Shown here piece by piece: positions 63,676 through 64,000 of a DNA stretch of 64,000 bases. Made by a program: the position numbers and the translations under genes. This DNA comes from Bacteroidota bacterium (lineage in GTDB: Bacteria; Bacteroidota; Bacteroidia; 2-12-FULL-35-15). The notes beneath the pieces were generated by a model that was not told where the DNA came from, did not search any database, and saw nothing but the letters and a program-made list of their open reading frames with translations. Positions within the stretch are counted from its first letter, which is position 1, and every line of letters starts with the position of its first letter. The DNA lies in contig JAZKBF010000032.1 of assembly GCA_040388745.1 (NCBI GenBank), positions 82,246 through 146,245 on the forward strand. Direction: 5' to 3'.

Positions 63676-64000
63676 ATGTTGCTTTGGTGTTTGGCGCTGC
63701 TTCATGCTGCGCCCTGCTCGGCTCAAAAACAAACCAAAAAAGATCTGGAGAATAAAAAAAAACAATTACAAAATGAAATAGATTATACCAATCAACTACT
63801 TTCCGAAACTAAAAAAAATAAAAAACTTTCCTTAAATCAATTAGTAACGTTAAATAAAAAAATAACGGTACGAGAAGAGTTGATATCTACTATTAATGGT
63901 GAGATCCGGGTGATCAACCGTCAGATCAACCAAAATAACGAATCTATTAAAGGGTTGCAGAATGATTTGGTCAGGCTAAAATCTGAATACGCAAAAATGA
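63676..64000 (+). CDS. Peptidase M23/EnvC-like murein hydrolase activator, N-terminal coiled-coil part only; the gene runs off the window end.
   Basis: ATG at 63676, with an open frame to 63999. MLLWCLALLHAAPCSAQKQTKKDLENKKKQLQNEIDYTNQLL... is a signal peptide followed by a heptad-rich coiled coil, typical of EnvC-like proteins. Confidence 0.45.
   Translation, partial: MLLWCLALLHAAPCSAQKQTKKDLENKKKQLQNEIDYTNQLLSETKKNKKLSLNQLVTLNKKITVREELISTINGEIRVINRQINQNNESIKGLQNDLVRLKSEYAKM

Noticed and set aside
63663-63755. ATG at 63663 giving a 30-aa peptide MPFAYVALVFGAASCCALLGSKTNQKRSGE.
   Set aside because: It is a short frame that stops quickly. The +1 frame starting at 63676 gives a signal peptide plus a long coiled coil continuing to the window end, which fits the conserved neighbourhood better.

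Overview
This 64-kb window is low-GC chromosomal DNA that looks like Bacteroidota, probably a Chitinophagaceae/Sphingobacteriia-like organism. Three secreted proteins carry T9SS C-terminal sorting domains. The window also holds a classic rnc-fabF-acpP arrangement, a DUF4292 lipoprotein, and many nested-palindrome intergenic repeats. It is mostly housekeeping DNA, and I found no transposase or integrase. Coordinates are read by eye from the ORF track and the sequence, so start codons are the weakest part. Several ORFs in the track begin at GTG or TTG.

The following genes and loci are supported by the sequence:
- **Large secreted cysteine-rich protein (1..2355, minus):** N-terminal part only; the gene runs off the window start and may be T9SS cargo.
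- **srsABC-like operon (2552..6994, minus):** type III polyketide synthase, SAM methyltransferase and FAD oxidoreductase, plus a UbiA-family prenyltransferase and a small membrane protein. This is a candidate locus for a prenylated phenolic lipid or alkylquinone.
- **Housekeeping and regulation (7138..17724):** aldehyde dehydrogenase, a sensor kinase/OmpR-type regulator pair, purN, rnhB, an EVE-domain protein and an Lrp/AsnC regulator.
- **Secreted and accessory genes (18182..24188):** an M43 zinc metalloprotease with a type-A T9SS domain, an ABC-F ATPase bracketed by repeat copies, and birA.
- **Ribosome, membrane and LPS genes (24281..36492):** RsfS with a histone H1-like lysine/alanine-rich N-terminus, ftsH, a LUD-domain protein, DUF2007 coupled to cdsA, trpS, waaA, a DegT aminotransferase, ugd and a UDP-glucuronate decarboxylase (a possible aminopentose/UDP-xylose module).
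- **Central metabolism and envelope (36601..42790):** pyruvate dehydrogenase E1-alpha and E2, cdd, an alpha/beta hydrolase and a TPR-containing membrane protein.
- **Two adjacent large type-B T9SS cargo proteins (43132..48758).**
- **A signalling-looking trio (48820..56819):** a 1251-aa polytopic sensor histidine kinase, an orphan methylmalonyl-CoA-mutase-type B12-binding domain protein, and a 1220-aa beta-propeller/Y_Y_Y/SpoIIE phosphatase.
- **Envelope cluster (56960..64000):** enoyl-CoA hydratase, a Wzx-like flippase, dut, a sugar nucleotidyltransferase, a TPR lipoprotein, DUF4292 and the start of an M23/EnvC-like gene.

The observations most worth a second look are these:
- **The prenyltransferase-containing type III PKS cluster.**
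- **A roughly 200-bp structured AT-rich inverted-repeat leader between fabF and rnc.**
- **Two families of multi-hairpin intergenic repeats clustered around the ABC-F gene.**
- **The H1-like-RsfS fusion.**
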